A stretch of 64,000 bases of DNA from Mobula hypostoma (GCF_963921235.1 NC_086108.1:71550001-71614000), one strand, 5' to 3'. Positions 50,225 to 63,359 are shown, counted from the first letter of the stretch. Notes: generated from the letters alone by a model not told the origin. Numbers and translations are program-made.

Positions 50225-51230
50225 CCCTCTCACCTTAATCCCATCAAGGTTCAAATTAAATTCATTATCAAAGCATGTATATGTCATCATATACAACCTT
50301 GGGATTCATTTTCTTGTAAGTATTTACAGGAAAAATGAAATATAATTGAATTTTATCAAAAGCTATGCATAGACAAAGACTGACACGTAACCATTGTGCA
50401 AAAGAAGGCACAACACAAATAAAAAATAATACCGACAACATGAGTTTGTAAAGAGAGTCAGTAGGTTGGAGAAGCAGTTCAGAGTGGTGGTGAATGAAAT
50501 CATCTGTGCTGATTCAGAAGCCTGATATTTGTAATGTAATAACTGTTCCTGAACTTGGTGGTGTGGGACTAAGGCTTCCGTACGTTGTGTCCAGTTGTAG
50601 TACCAAGAAGAGCGTATGGCCTGGATAGAGGAGGTCTTGGATGATGCATGCCACAGTGCTCCATTTTATTGCACTCAATGGTGGAGTGGGCTTTACCTGT
50701 GATGGACTGGGCTGCATCCACCACTTTCTGTATCCTGTTCCATTCCTGGGTGTTGGTGTTTCCATACCAGGCCATGATGCGGACAACCAGGATATTCTCT
50801 ACTATGTATCAATGGAAGTTTGTCAAAATTTTTGGTGAGGTAGGAGAAGAGAAGCCTGAAGGCACACACTCAGCAATTCAGGTGCAGCTTTGCCATCCAT
50901 TTCCTAAATGGACATTGAACCTGTGAACACTACCTCACTTTATTAATGTACATTATTTCTGATCTTTGCACAATTTTAATCTATTCAATATACGTAATAC
51001 TGTAAATTGGTTTATTTATTATTATTTATTATTTATTTATTATTATTTTTTTTTCTTCTTCTTCTATGTTATGTATTGCATTGAACTGCTGCTGCTAAGT
51101 TAACAAATTTCACGACACATGCAGTGATAATAAACCTGATTCTGACATGCCAAATCTAAGCAAACTTCTAAGAAAGTAGAAGTGTTGTTGTGCTTTCTTT
51201 GTGATGACTCTTAAGTGCTGATCCCAGAAT
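50225..51230. mobile_element. Rex1/Babar 3' fragment (minus) with a second Rex1 3' end (plus, ~50840-51145) nested inside
   Basis: AWYGN..RIQKVVDAAQSITG (ORF 50569-50775); aataaacctgattctga tail at ~51130-51145. Confidence 0.75.
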
Positions 51231-51611
51231 GGATTCTCTTACGCATTAATGCCAAGGAATGTCCTCCGTGTCTTCTAATTTTAGACTCCCCTACCTAGCA
51301 TCTCACACAACAAAACAGCCGAAAGCTCCTTCCAGGGAAATTATCAGATAGAGATTTGACCAGGCCACATAACAAAATGTTAGAGTATAAATTCCAAAGT
51401 GTGATCATGGGAGGGGGTTTTAATGAGGATCTTAAGGAAGGAAAGAGGAAAGCACGATGAAGATTTATAGAGGAAGTTCTAAACCCTGGAATCTTGGCAA
51501 CAGAAGGCCTGACCACAAATGTTGGAGTGATTGTAGTTGATATCGTTAAATAGTTGATTGGTTTTGTTGTCCTATCCTATCCAGGTGAATCTAAATAAAG
51601 AATGATAAACA

Positions 51612-51991
51612 CATAGTCATAGTCATAGTCATAGTCATACTTTATTGATCCCGGGGGAAATTGGTTTTCGTTACAGTTGCACCATAAATAATAAATAGTA
51701 ATAGAACCATAAATAATTAAATAGTAATTTGTAAATTATGCCAGGAAATGTCCAGGTCCAGCCTATTGGCTCAGGGTGTCTGACCCTCCAAGGGAGGAAT
51801 TGTAGAGTTTGATGGCGACAGGCAGGAATGACTTCCTATGACGCTCAGTGTTGCATCTCGGTGGAATGAGTCTCTGGCTGAATGTACTCCTGTGCCCACC
51901 CAGTACATTATGTAGTGGATGGGAGACATTGTCCAAGATGGCATGCAACTTAGACAGCATCCCCTTTTCGGACACCACCATGAGAGAGTCC
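51612..51991 (-). mobile_element. Short 3' copy of the Rex1/Babar subfamily at 17076-18218
   Basis: Nearly identical to 17076-17455; VVSEKGMLSKLHAIL..HRKSFLPVAIKLYN; (CATAGT)n tail. Confidence 0.92.
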
Positions 51992-53229
51992 TTTTATATC
52001 TTGCCTGTAAAGCAAGTTCTAACTTGTGTTACAGGTATGTGGTGGATTAGGTTCATTTAGATTTAACAAAAGAACATGCTGTGCAGCTAAATACTGCCCT
52101 TTCTATCATGTTTTACTGATCTGTTATAGGCACAGGATGAGGTAAATAACACATTTGCCATTATTTTGTAGGTCCATAAAGAAATATTCACAAAAAGGTT
52201 CATTGTTGGGTCTAGGTTGGGCAATGCATCAGATTAGGATGTTATATTATTTCATCGTTGGTCCCATGGTTTGTATGGTGACAGACAACTTCAGGCAAAT
52301 TCTCATTCAGTAAGAGAGTACAGTTTAATCATGAACAATATGAAAGATTTTGTCCTCAAAGAGCACTTTAAGGGAACTAGAACTGGAGCTGAAAAAAATT
52401 CTACCAAATAAATGTTACAGCATGTAATATTATAACTTTAAAACTCAGTTGACAGTTATAAAACTAAAAAAGAACATATTTTCTTTGCACTGTTGTTTAT
52501 CTTATTCAAATTACCTAACATTTTTTTGTGACTGTGCATTCAATATCTGTGTGGATAAGGGGAGGGTGATGCCTGACTGTAGATAATTCCCTCTCATGCT
52601 GTTTCTGAATATCTTTATACTTATCTCTCTGTAATTTATCTCCCTACATTTCATTTCTGGCACCTACATACACAACCTCTTTTGTGTCCCTGCATTATTT
52701 TTAAAGATCTTCTTACTCTGAAAATAATGGATTAAAATTTACCAAGATATATTGGGAAACCAACTGTTGCACAATGTAACAGGCTTTGTCATGTTCCAAC
52801 CTGTAAAAGCTGCAAGGTTATCAGTTCACGATTATGAGTACATCTATTTCATGAAAAGGTTTTAATGTAATGGATTAACTTGAACATTTAAATTGAGTAC
52901 ATGTGGTTTGTAAACATATCTCCAAAACAAGAATACCTTAGGAATTTGTACAGGAGAGTTCCTTTAAACACATTCAGATTAATACGCAGATTAAAACAAT
53001 CTCTGCTGCTATTGTTACTGTTCCATTAACAGCTATGGTTAAGTATACTCTTGCATGTTTCTCCATCAGCCTACCCAAACAAAATATTCCAGGTATTGAA
53101 TATTAATTATAAAAATAAATTCTTCAAAATCTCTCATTTTATTGGTTTTGTTCATGTGTAGAATTGCACAAACTTTAATAACATTGGCTTCCTAATACTG
53201 AAGAATCAGGCGGAATAGGATTGGCACCA

Positions 53230-53525
53230 AAAGTTAGCCACAGACAGAAATGCAGAGCTGAACCCCTCACATCTCTTTGCTTACCCATGTGGGTGGCCAC
53301 TGGGAGATCCATCTTAATTCCACTTACACCACTCTGAGATCAATCTAACCCTTCCCTCCCACATAGCCCTACATTTTCCTATCATCCACGTGCCTATCTC
53401 AGAGTCCCTTAAATGTCCCTAATGTATCTGCCTCTGCCACCACCAAGCACCCTCCACTGTATGAAAAATTTACCTCTGACATCTCCATATACTTTCCTCC
53501 AATCACCTTAAAATTATACCCCTCT
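53230..53525 (-). mobile_element. CR1/HER1 3' fragment
   Basis: GYNFKVIGGKY..VVAEADTLGTFK in ORF 53399-53632. Confidence 0.75.
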
Positions 53526-54689
53526 TTATTCTTTGACTGACTGTAGGTTTCTACTGTTAGTAGTCCTGAATGGGATTGTTTGACTATTTCCTTGGGAGCT
53601 GCATGCAAAGAGCCTCTAGTCTCCCGTGGCATCAGCCATTTCTGCCTTGAGAAAAAGTCTCTGGTTGTCCACTGGATCGCTGCCTCTTATCATCTTGTAC
53701 CTCTCTATCAAGTCATCTCTCAACCTTGTCTCTGTCAAAAATGGTGCACTCATTATGTGAAATACATTATGTTAATTTTTTTGCTGATAAAAATTTAGCG
53801 CTGCATATAAGAACCAATGTAGTAATCTTGAGACTAAGGCACACGCCAGCAAGATTACTGAATTGTAAGGGAACCAAAGGGATGATTGAAAGAGCTTTAT
53901 CAGCAAGTTGCAAAAAATTGAGCTAATAAAATGAATTTATTGGCGCAAAAACCATGAGAATGGGACATAGAGAAGTAAGTGATGGCAAGAAATTACAGTT
54001 TACTGTATTAGGAGTGCTTGAACTATTTTATATGTTGTTGAAAAACAATGAACCCAATGGTTTATGCTGCACAACAAGTCAAGAAATGATTTCACATCAG
54101 TCAGATAAAACTAAAAATCTGAGGAGGGCAGCACACAAAACGCTGAAGGAACTTGGCAGGTTCTCACATCTGCAGTCTCTCTTTTATCTCCAAACCTGAA
54201 AAGAAGAAATGAAAGCAAAAACGTCTGGTGGTATGATCACACGGTGGGCCTTAGCAGATGATGATTTGCCTTTGATAATATTGGCTTCTATATTATTTCA
54301 TGCCTGTCAAGGAGCAGGCAAGAGGTATGATTTCGGGAATCACACATGCCAAGAACTAATATGCAATTCTTGAAAGTACATAAATAGCCTATTGAAACAA
54401 CTGGCCTTGCGTAGCTCAAATCATACTGATGGAACATCCGGGAAGAACATTGTCAATGTGGTGAATTGTTGGCATTGAATTTTGTGTGCAGTTCTCAAAT
54501 ATTGTCATTTAGCACTACTACATCTGTAATCTACAGTCAATCACAGGTACTTCAGTAAACAATATTGTTTGGAGACATCTAAAAAATTCATTGATCTTTC
54601 AAATTGGCATACTCCGGACTGCAGCCCACTCATGTAGTGAGTGCAGTTTCCATTGCTTGAGGAAGTATGGCAGCCAGAGTGGGGTGCAG

Positions 54690-56170
54690 GTAAAACTGAG
54701 GCCCCCTCCTCCTTACCATCCTCCAGCCTAATGTACGTTCTGTAGAAAATAAAACTGAAGACCTCAGAGCGAAGATTGCAGTACCAGAGTTGACCAGAGT
54801 CACAAGGTATGCCCTTCCATTCGTTGTAGGGGACTTCAGTCAAGCCACCTTGAAGAAGTCTCTGACAAACTGCGACCAGCATGTCACCCGAAGCCCACAC
54901 TTTAGCAAGTCTGATCACTTAGCTGTACTTCTACTCTGGGCCTACAGGCAGATACTGAGGACCACAGCACCATCGGGAAGGATCATGAAGGAATGATCAA
55001 GGCAGGTGGAGGAGCACTTTGAATCAGTGAACTGGACAATACTTAGGGATTCATCTTCGGATTTAATAAATATACCGCAGTCATCACCGACTTCATCAAG
55101 GCCTGTGTTGGTGACTGTGTGCTTTTCAGTTCAGCTCTCTCTTATTGGCATTTAGAAATGCAGGCATTAAAAAATGATACAACGTTCCTCCAGAAAGATA
55201 TCACAAGAAAACACAGGACAAACCAAGACTAAAACTGACAAAACCACATAATTATAACATATAGTTACAACAGTGTAAAGCAATACCATAATTTGATAAA
55301 GAGCAGACCATGGGCATGGTAAAAAAAAGTCTCAAAGTCCCGATAGACTCATCATCCCACGCAGGCGGTAGAAAGGAGAAACTGTCCCCGCCATGAACCT
55401 CCAAGCGCCGCCAACTCGCTGATGCAGCACCATTGGAAGCACCCGACCACAATGGACTCTGAGTCCGTCCGAAAACTTCGAGCCTCCGACCAGCCCCTCC
55501 GACACAGCCTCTCCGAGCGCTTCGACCCCGCCCCGGCCGCCGAGCAACAAACAAAGCCAAGGACTCGGGGCCTTCTCCTCCGGAGATTCAGGACCACACA
55601 GTTGCAGCAGCAGTGAAGCAGGCATTTCAGAAGTATCACCAGATGTTCCTCCGTGCTTTCACGTCTGTCTCCATCAAATCAGGATTATGCACGGCACCCT
55701 ACTTGGCAAATAACAGATATCACCTCTGCAGTGGCCGCTGCGAGCTGCGTCGTGCCGCCATTTCCTGTCCTCCTTTTGAGAATATACTCGGCATTCCCAA
55801 ACCTGAGGTCATGGATGAACTAGAAGATTTGCAGTCTTCTGAGGGCTGGATCTATGACATTCAAGCCAGTGATCCAGCACACTGCAAGAAGTCCTGGTAC
55901 GACCCATAGAAGGCTATCATAAGAGCAAAAAGCAGCTCCAAGTGAAGATGGAGATATAATTGGATGCATGTCAACTGTGGTAGGGTTTGCCTGCTATTAC
56001 TTCCTACAAAGTGAAATCTAACGTCATAAATGTCTGTGATACTTCACTCCCAGATGGACTCAGTGCTTTTTATGCACACTTGGATTATACCTGTGTAAAT
56101 GCCTGCAGCATCTGGAAACTCTGTGATATCTGTCTCAGAGGCCAACAGCAGAACATCTTTCAAGAGACTG
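54690..56170 (+). mobile_element. Internally deleted Rex1/Babar 5' region (AP endonuclease), split by the 660-bp element
   Basis: NVRSVENK; VGDFSQATLK..QHVT..FSKSDHLAVLL (ORF 54790-54996); AITSYK..SLPDGLSAFYAH. Confidence 0.75.
55128..55774 (-). mobile_element. ~660-bp non-autonomous retroelement, copy 3 of 4 (variant 3' tail)
   Basis: Colinear with copies 1 and 2 but ends ...gccaataagagagagctgaactgaa instead of the GAGGAC hairpin and (AATCT)n. Confidence 0.85.
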
Positions 56171-57148
56171 CGAGGAGTCAGGCCAGAAACAACAATAATC
56201 CTTCTGGATTTTGAGCTTTGCTGTAATATATTCCAGTGGCTTTGCTGCATATGTGAAAGATTTGATATTACATTTTGCTGTAACCCAACCTCCTTTATCC
56301 TAATATTGACATTTGTGCTTGAAGAAGTCTGGGCTTTGAGCTCTAGAATTTCTTCCTGTGATCTCCATTTCTTCATTCTCCCCTTTCCTTTAAGACACTC
56401 TTTGAAGCTGATTTCTTTAACTAACTTTTGTCGAATTCCTTAATGTTGCCTTTGTTGCTCAGAGCAAACTTTCAGTTGAGACCATAAGAACATGAGTCAT
56501 AGGAGCAGAATTAGGCCATTCAGCCCATCATATCTAGTCCAACATTTCATCATGGCTGATTTGTTTTCCTTTCCATCCCATTCTCCAATGACAATGAACT
56601 CCACAGATTCACCATCCACGGGCTAAAGAAATTCCTCCTTGTCTCTGTTTTAAATGGACATCCCTCTATTCTGAGGCTGGTACTAGACTCCTCCACTATA
56701 GGAAACGTCCTCTCCACATCCACTCTATTTAGGACTTTCAACTTCCAATAGGTTTCAATGAGATTTCCTCCCCCCATCCATTCTTCTAAATTCTATTGGG
56801 TACAGGACTCAGAGCTATCAATTGCTCCTCATATGACAAACTTTTCATTCTGGGAATCGTTCTCATGAATGTCCTCTGAACCCTTTCCAATGTCAGCACA
56901 TCCTTTCTTATTTAAGGAGCCCAAAACTGCTCACAGTACTCCAAGTGAGGCTTCACCCGTGCCTTATAAAGCCTCAGTGTTACCTCCTTGCCTTTATATT
57001 CAAGTCCTCTCGAAATGAATGCGAGCGTTGTATCTGCCTTTATCACCACCGATCCCACTAGCAAGTTACCCTTTAGGGAATCTTGCAGAAGGACTTCCCA
57101 GGTCCCTTTGCACCTCAGATTTTTGAACTTTCTCCCTGCTTAGAAAAT

Positions 57149-57470
57149 GCTTACTTACTGCTCGTTGTGCCGCTGGTGCTTAGGGCAGCAATGAAGGTCC
57201 TCCACCGCTGTCTGTATAGAAGGATAGTTCATTGCTGTTTCCATCACAATTGTTCTTTGACCAGTCTAGGTTGTTAGTCCTGAGCTGAACCCCCAAACCT
57301 GGAGGACCAGTGGACCACTCTTAGTCTGGCCTCTATCCTTCGACCTGTTTTTCAGGGATGTCCACCAAGAGCCAAAGCACAAGGCCCTGTCTCCAGTCAA
57401 ATAGCTCTCCTGGTCATTGAGGCATCAAGACTCCAAAACCTACGACAAAGTTGTGGTCCCCTTGGAGGGT
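57149..57470 (-). mobile_element. 322-bp bipartite non-autonomous RTE derivative (5' UTR fused to 3' end)
   Basis: Perfect 9-bp TSD TTAGAAAAT (57140-57148, 57471-57479). Sense 5' end has the RTE/Rex3-like motif ACTTTGTCGTAGGTTTTGGAG..CCTCAATGA..GAGCTAT; 3' end tggaggaccttcattgctgccct..(GTAA)n. Confidence 0.8.
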
Positions 57471-58507
57471 TTAGAAAATAGTCAATGCTTTTACTCCTTC
57501 TACCAAAGTGTGTGATAATATATTTCCCGATACGGTGTCCATCTGCCACTTCTTTACCCATTCTCCTGATCTGTCTAAATCCTATTGAAGCCTCCCTGCT
57601 TCCTCAATACTACCTGCTCATTAACATATTTTCCTACCATCCGCAAACTTGGCCACAAAACCATCACTTCTGTCACCCATTGACACACAACATAAAAAGA
57701 AGCAGTCCCAACTCTGACCCTTCAGCACAGCACTAATCACAGGCAGTTAATCAGGAAAGGCTCCCTTTATTCATACTATTTGCCTTCTGCCAATCAGCTA
57801 ATGCTCTATCTATGTTAGTATCTTTCCTGTAATACCATGGACTCTTATCTTGTTAAACAGCCTCATATGTGGTATCTTGTGAAAGGCCTTCTGAGAATCC
57901 AAGTACACAACATCCACAGATTCTCCTTTGTCTATTCTGTTTGTTATTTCCGCAAAGAATTCCAGCAAATTAGTCAGGCAAGATTTTCCCTGATGGAAAC
58001 CATGCTGACTTTGGTGTGCCTTCAAGTACCCTGAAACCATATTCTTAACAATCAACTCCAACGTCTTCCCAAGCACTGAGGCCAGGCTAACCGGCCTATA
58101 ATTTCATTTCCTTCTCCCTCACCCCATGAAGAGTGGAGTGACATTTGCAATTTTCCAATCCTCTGGAATGATGCCGGAATCTATTGATTTTTGAAAGATC
58201 ATTACTAATATCTCCACATTTTTTCAGCTACCTTTTTCAGAACCCTGGGTTGGAGTCTATCTGGTCCAGGTGACCTATCTCTCTACTGACCTTTCAGTTT
58301 CCGAAGCACTTTCTCCCTATCTAATAGCAACTGCACTTCTGCTGCCTGGCACTCCCAAACTTTCAGCATAATGCTAATTTCTTCCACAGTTAATATTGAT
58401 GCAAAATACTTAATCAGTTCATCCGCCATTTCATTGTCCCCCATTACTACCCCTCTCTCCAGCGTCATTTCCAGTGGTCAAATATCTATACTCACCATTA
58501 TATATTT

Positions 58508-59155
58508 CCGCCGCTCCGAAATGATATCGTATTTGTGAAGTAGGATGCCGTGCACAATCCTGATCTGATGGAGACAGCCGTGAGAAGCACGGAGGAACAT
58601 CTGGAGAAACTTCTGAAATGCCTGCTTTGCTGCCGCTGCTATTGTGCAATCGAGAATCTCCGGAAGGGAAGGCCCCAAATCCTCGGCTTTGCCTGTTGCC
58701 GGAGCCGGGGCCGGGGTCGAAGCGCTCGGCAGAGGTGATGCTCGGTGCTCGGTGTTGGAGGGCTGGTCGGAGGCTCAAAGTTTTCGGACGGACTCAAGAG
58801 TTGGCTGTGGTCAGGTGCTTCCAGGGTGCTGCATCGGCAAGTTTGCAGCGCTGGAAGCTCATGGCAGGGAGAGTTTTTCTTCCTTCTACTGTCTGCGTGA
58901 GATGATGGGACTTTCGAGAGACTTTGAGACTTTTTTTTACCGTGCCCATGGTCTGTTCTTTATCAAATTATGGTATTGCTTTGCACTGTTGTAACTATAC
59001 GTTATAATTATGTGTTTTTTTTTCAGTTTTTCAGTCTTGGTTTGTCTCGTGTTTCTGTGATATCATTCTGGAGGAACATTGTATCATTTCTTAATGCATA
59101 CATTACTAAATGACAATAAAAGAGGACTGCGTGTCCTCATAATCTAATCTAATCT
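58508..59155 (+). mobile_element. ~660-bp non-autonomous retroelement, copy 4 of 4 (slightly 5'-truncated)
   Basis: Reverse complement of copies 1 and 2; ends gacaataaaagaggactgcgtgtcctcat(AATCT)3. Confidence 0.88.
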
Positions 59156-59607
59156 ATATCTGAGAAAAAAACTTTTGGTATCCTATTTGATATTAATGGC
59201 TAGCTTACCATCATATTTCATCTTTTTTTCCCCTATGGCTTTTTTAGTTTCCTTCTGTTGGGTTTAAAAAGTTCCTCAATCCTCTAACTTCCCACTAACT
59301 TTTGTTCTATGACATACTCGCGCTTTTGCTTCTATGTTGCTTTGAATTTCCCTGTCAGCAATGGTTGCATCATTCTGCTTTTAGAGTACTTCTTCTTCTT
59401 TGGGATGTATCTATCCTGCACCTTTTGAATTGCTCACAGAATCTCCAGCCATTGCTGCACTGCTGTCATCCCTGCTGGTGTTTCCTTCCAATCAACTTTG
59501 GCCAAGTCCTCTCTCATGGCTTTGTATTCCCTTTACTCCACAATAATACTGAAACATTTGACTTTAGCTTGTTCTTCTCAATTTGCAGAGTGAATTCTAT
59601 CATATTA

Positions 59608-59840
59608 TAGAAACATAGAAAACCTACAGCACAATACAGGCCCTTCGGCCCACAAAGCTGTGCCGAACATGTCCTTACCTTAGAACTACCTAGGCTTTAC
59701 CCATAGCCCTCTATTTTTCTAAGCTCCATGTATCCATCCAAGAGTCTCTTAAAAGACCCTATCATTTCCGCCTCCACCACTGCCGCCAGCAGCCTATTCC
59801 ATGCACTCACAAATCTCTGCGTTAAAAAACTTATCCCTGA
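59608..59840 (-). mobile_element. Young CR1/HER1 3' fragment nested in the CR1 endonuclease region
   Basis: tagaaacatagaaaacctacagcacaatacaggcccttcggcccac, the reverse complement of the 46738-47034 tail. Confidence 0.85.
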
Positions 59841-61457
59841 CGTCGATCACTGTCTCCTAAGGGTTCCTTTACCTTAAGCTCCCTAATCAAATCTGGTTCA
59901 TCATAAAACACACAATCCAGAATTGCCTTTCCCCTAATGGGTTCAACCACAAACTGGTCTAGAAAACATCTTGTGGGTATTCTAAAAATTCTCTCTCTTG
60001 GGATCCAGCACCAACCTAATTTTCCCAATCTACCTGTATATTGAAGCTCCCATGACTAACATAACATTGCCTTTTTGACATGCTTTTTCTATCTCCCATT
60101 GTAATTTGTGGCCCACATCCTGGCTGCTACATTTTCCGATCCCTTGTCTTGTCTTTCTACGGATTTGATTTCATTTTTTTACCAACAAAAATATTTCATT
60201 CCTCTGCCTGTCCTATTAATACAATTTGTAACCTTGTACATTAAGCTCCCAACTATAATCTTCTGTCAGCCACAACTCAACTCAATGTTGTCTACAACAT
60301 TATACCTGTCAATTTCTAACTACAAGATCATCTACCTTATTTTATATACTGTATGCATCCCATTATACCACATTCACTCCTGTATTCATCACCCTTTTTG
60401 ATTGTGTCCCCCTTTTATACTGCAACTCATCCCACTGACTGCAATTTGCCCTTTCATTTGCCTGTCCTTCCTGACCATCTCAGTATACACTGCCTCTACT
60501 TGTAAACCAACACCCCTATCCTCAGTGCTACCACTCCAGTTCCCAAATTAATTTAAACCCTCCCCAGTAGTTGTATCATACCTACCCACAAGAAGGTTGG
60601 TCCCCTTGGGTTCAGGTGTAACCTGTCCCTTTTGTACAGATCATACCTTCCCTAGAAGTGATCCTAATGGTCCAGAAATCTAAAGCCCTGCCCCCTGCAC
60701 CAGTACCTCGGCCATGCATTCATCTGACAAATCATCCTATTCTGGAGGTCCTGCATTTCAGCTTTCTACCTAACTCCCTATATTCTTCTATCAGGACCTC
60801 CTCGCTTTTCCTACCTATGTCACTGGTGCCAATATGAAGCAAGACTTTTGACTGCTCCCCCTCCCCCGTGAGAATGTTGTGGACCCAATCTGAGATGAAC
60901 ATGACCCTGGCACCTGGGAGGCAGCACTCTGTCCAGGTGTCACTATCACATCCACAGAATCTTGTGCCTGCTCCTCTGACTATGGAATCCCCTATCACTA
61001 CTGCAGTGCTCGCCTCACCCCTTCCTATCTGACCCACAGTGCCAGAGAGCTGGTTGCTGCAGTTCCCGCCTGCTAGGTCACTCCCCTCAACAGTATCCAA
61101 AATGGTACTGTATACTAATACTTGATATTAGGTGGAACGGGCACAGGGCTACTCTGTACTGGCTACCCATTTCCATTCCCTCTATTTATCTGCCTCCTGA
61201 AACCTAGGGGTGATCCTGTAGATCCTCTCTATCATCTCCTCAGTCTCCTATATGAGCTGAAGGTCATCGAGCTGTAGCTCCATTTCCTAAATATGTTCTC
61301 TGAGAAGCTGCAGCATGGCGCACCTTGGGCAGAGTGGGTATTCAGGAGGCTTGAGGTCTCCCACATTTCCCACATCTCACTGAAAGAACACAACATAACC
61401 CCTGGAGCCATTCTCACTGCTCTAACTATGCACTAACAGATAAAGAATGAAGAACAA

Positions 61458-61577
61458 AGAAGAAGAAGAAGAAGAAGAAGAAGAAGAAGAAGAAGAAAGA
61501 AGAAGAAGAAGAAGAAGAAGAAGAAGAAGAAGAAGAAGAAGAAGAAGAAGAAGAAGAAGAAGGAGAAGGAGAAGAAA
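61458..61577 (+). repeat. (GAA)n microsatellite, ~120 bp of pure purine
   Basis: AGA/GAA repeats with one extra A near 61497 and GGAGAA variants at the end. Confidence 0.98.
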
Positions 61578-61700
61578 CTTATCAGATGTACCTCACCCAA
61601 GCCTGTTCTTGCCAAACCTGATGAGCCAAAGCCTCCCCATTCCAACAGTGGCCACTCTTCTTGTCCCTGCCTTAATTTTATTTGCCCTTCTCAATGAATC

Positions 61701-61898
61701 ATGACTGCACTGTTGAAATCCTGCAAAAGCACTTTTTAAAATCTCTCTCTCTCCCCGCCCTGCGTGAGGCCTCCTCCACTAATTTGACCATGACTGTGCT
61801 GTTGAAAAAACTGAAATCCCTTGAAAGCTCCTTTTTTAAATCTCTCCCCACAATCTGTGTGAGGCCTCCTCTGCTGATTTGACGGCGACTGCTGTCGA
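61701..61898. repeat. Tandem ~90-95-bp units (2 plus a partial) at the 5' end of the second CR1
   Basis: atgactg..tgttgaaa..cttttt(t)aaatctctc..gtgaggcctcctc..atttgac units start at 61701, 61790 and 61885. Confidence 0.8.
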
Positions 61899-63359
61899 TG
61901 ATTTTGTTTCCTTGAGGAACTTTGGGACACTCCAAGTTTTTGTGTACATTCTATTTTTTCTAATGCTTTTGAAGGTTTGGGGCAAATTTCCAACTGTACC
62001 AGTTGATTTGCCATTGTCCTGTGCCTGGGGATTCATGACAATGCAGTGTTGAAAGTTACACTGAATTGGTCCCAGATGAGCTGCGTGAGGGGAGAGCTTT
62101 GAAATAGGGGAAGGGGAAGAGAGAAAAGACAAAAGACAATAGTGTGGGGAGATAGGATGGGATCAGTTAGTACACTGTCTGTTTACTTTATAGTTTAAAA
62201 CTATGCAGAATTTGAAACCCCACTTTGAGTTTTAACCTGGATTTTACTCCCTCAGTGAGTGGCCTACTCTTCTTATGGTCACCATTCTTTTTTCAATTAA
62301 CATCTCAAAACAAAAAGTTCCTGCTGTCATTTATTTGTTGCTTCTGAACATTATTTGGCTCTTAGATTTACCAACATAACAATGCCCTGGAGGAAGGATA
62401 AGCTTCAATTTAAAACTCATTTTCTGCCTTCCGCTAACTTACGGATTTTGCTATGATTGACAGCTACAGCTATGTATAGTGAGACAAAATTACACCCCTG
62501 AGTCCTTTTTTAGCATGTTACCATCTTGACTGAGAAAAACATTTGGCCAATTTTAATTCTAAGTGATTCAGTAGTACCTGTGATCTCACTTGGACTACAT
62601 ACTGTTTGTGTTTAAATTTGCCGTAATGGCCATTTTCAGAGAGACGAACTCTTGCTTGCTTAATGATGGGGAATGTACATTTAGAGAGTGATAGCCTCTC
62701 CTTTTGTTGCTTCTGGTGGTAGAATTGATCTGTTATGATTGAGAAGGGGTAGTTATGACCCCCACACATGTAACCTATGAATCCTTGGAGCTTGGGGAAT
62801 TCTGTCACTTTATAAAATTGCATACCTGCTTATGTTACCACATGCCCTTTGGAGTGGGGAAGATAAATTGCTAGCTCTGGAGAAAAATATGCTTTTGTGA
62901 CTTTCTTAATGCATCCGTGCACAGCTGCTTATCTAATGTTGCAGATGTTCCCAGTGAGAACCTGGACTGACCCCGTAAAGAGTAGTCATGTACTTAACAG
63001 GCCCAAGTGGTGGTGGGCTGTAAATCAAATTGCAGCATGTGTTATTACTTAGTGACAGTTTCCAGTGGAAATCATAGCCCTTCTAGACAGTGCTTTCAAT
63101 TTAATGCAAGGAGGAAAACCCCTGCCCGAATATTCTGGTTGGACAAATTGCATTCTCACCAGCTTGGCTTCTGTCTATACTATAACCCTTGTTTCATCTT
63201 GCAGGAGATATGGGAAGAACAGAATATGCAAAGAGAGAGGAATTCTAACCATATTAAAGATGGAAATACATGTGCTCATCAGATGATGTGTTGAAGTGAT
63301 GTCATTTGCAAAGTTAAACAGTAAAATGCAACGAGGAATCAGTTATGACTACGCTTGTA

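Larger units (their letters stand above)
56478..61890 (-). mobile_element. Second near full-length decayed CR1 LINE with three nested insertions
   Basis: ORF1 AVVIGDSIVRG..CCLPGARV..LLHIGTSDIG (SGNH esterase, ORF 60732-61100); endonuclease FLDQFVVEP..LGDSD; RT SQHGFHQGKSCLTNLLEFF..YLDSQKAFHKIPH; 3' UTR ~56480. Confidence 0.92.

Noticed and set aside
58550..58994. Overlapping 60-135-aa ORFs recurring in the 660-bp element copies
   Set aside because: Frames are not preserved between copies and match no domain I know; they follow from GC-rich non-coding sequence.
61433..61704. ORFs encoding poly-E/poly-R and poly-F/poly-L
   Set aside because: Translation artefacts of the (GAA)n microsatellite.
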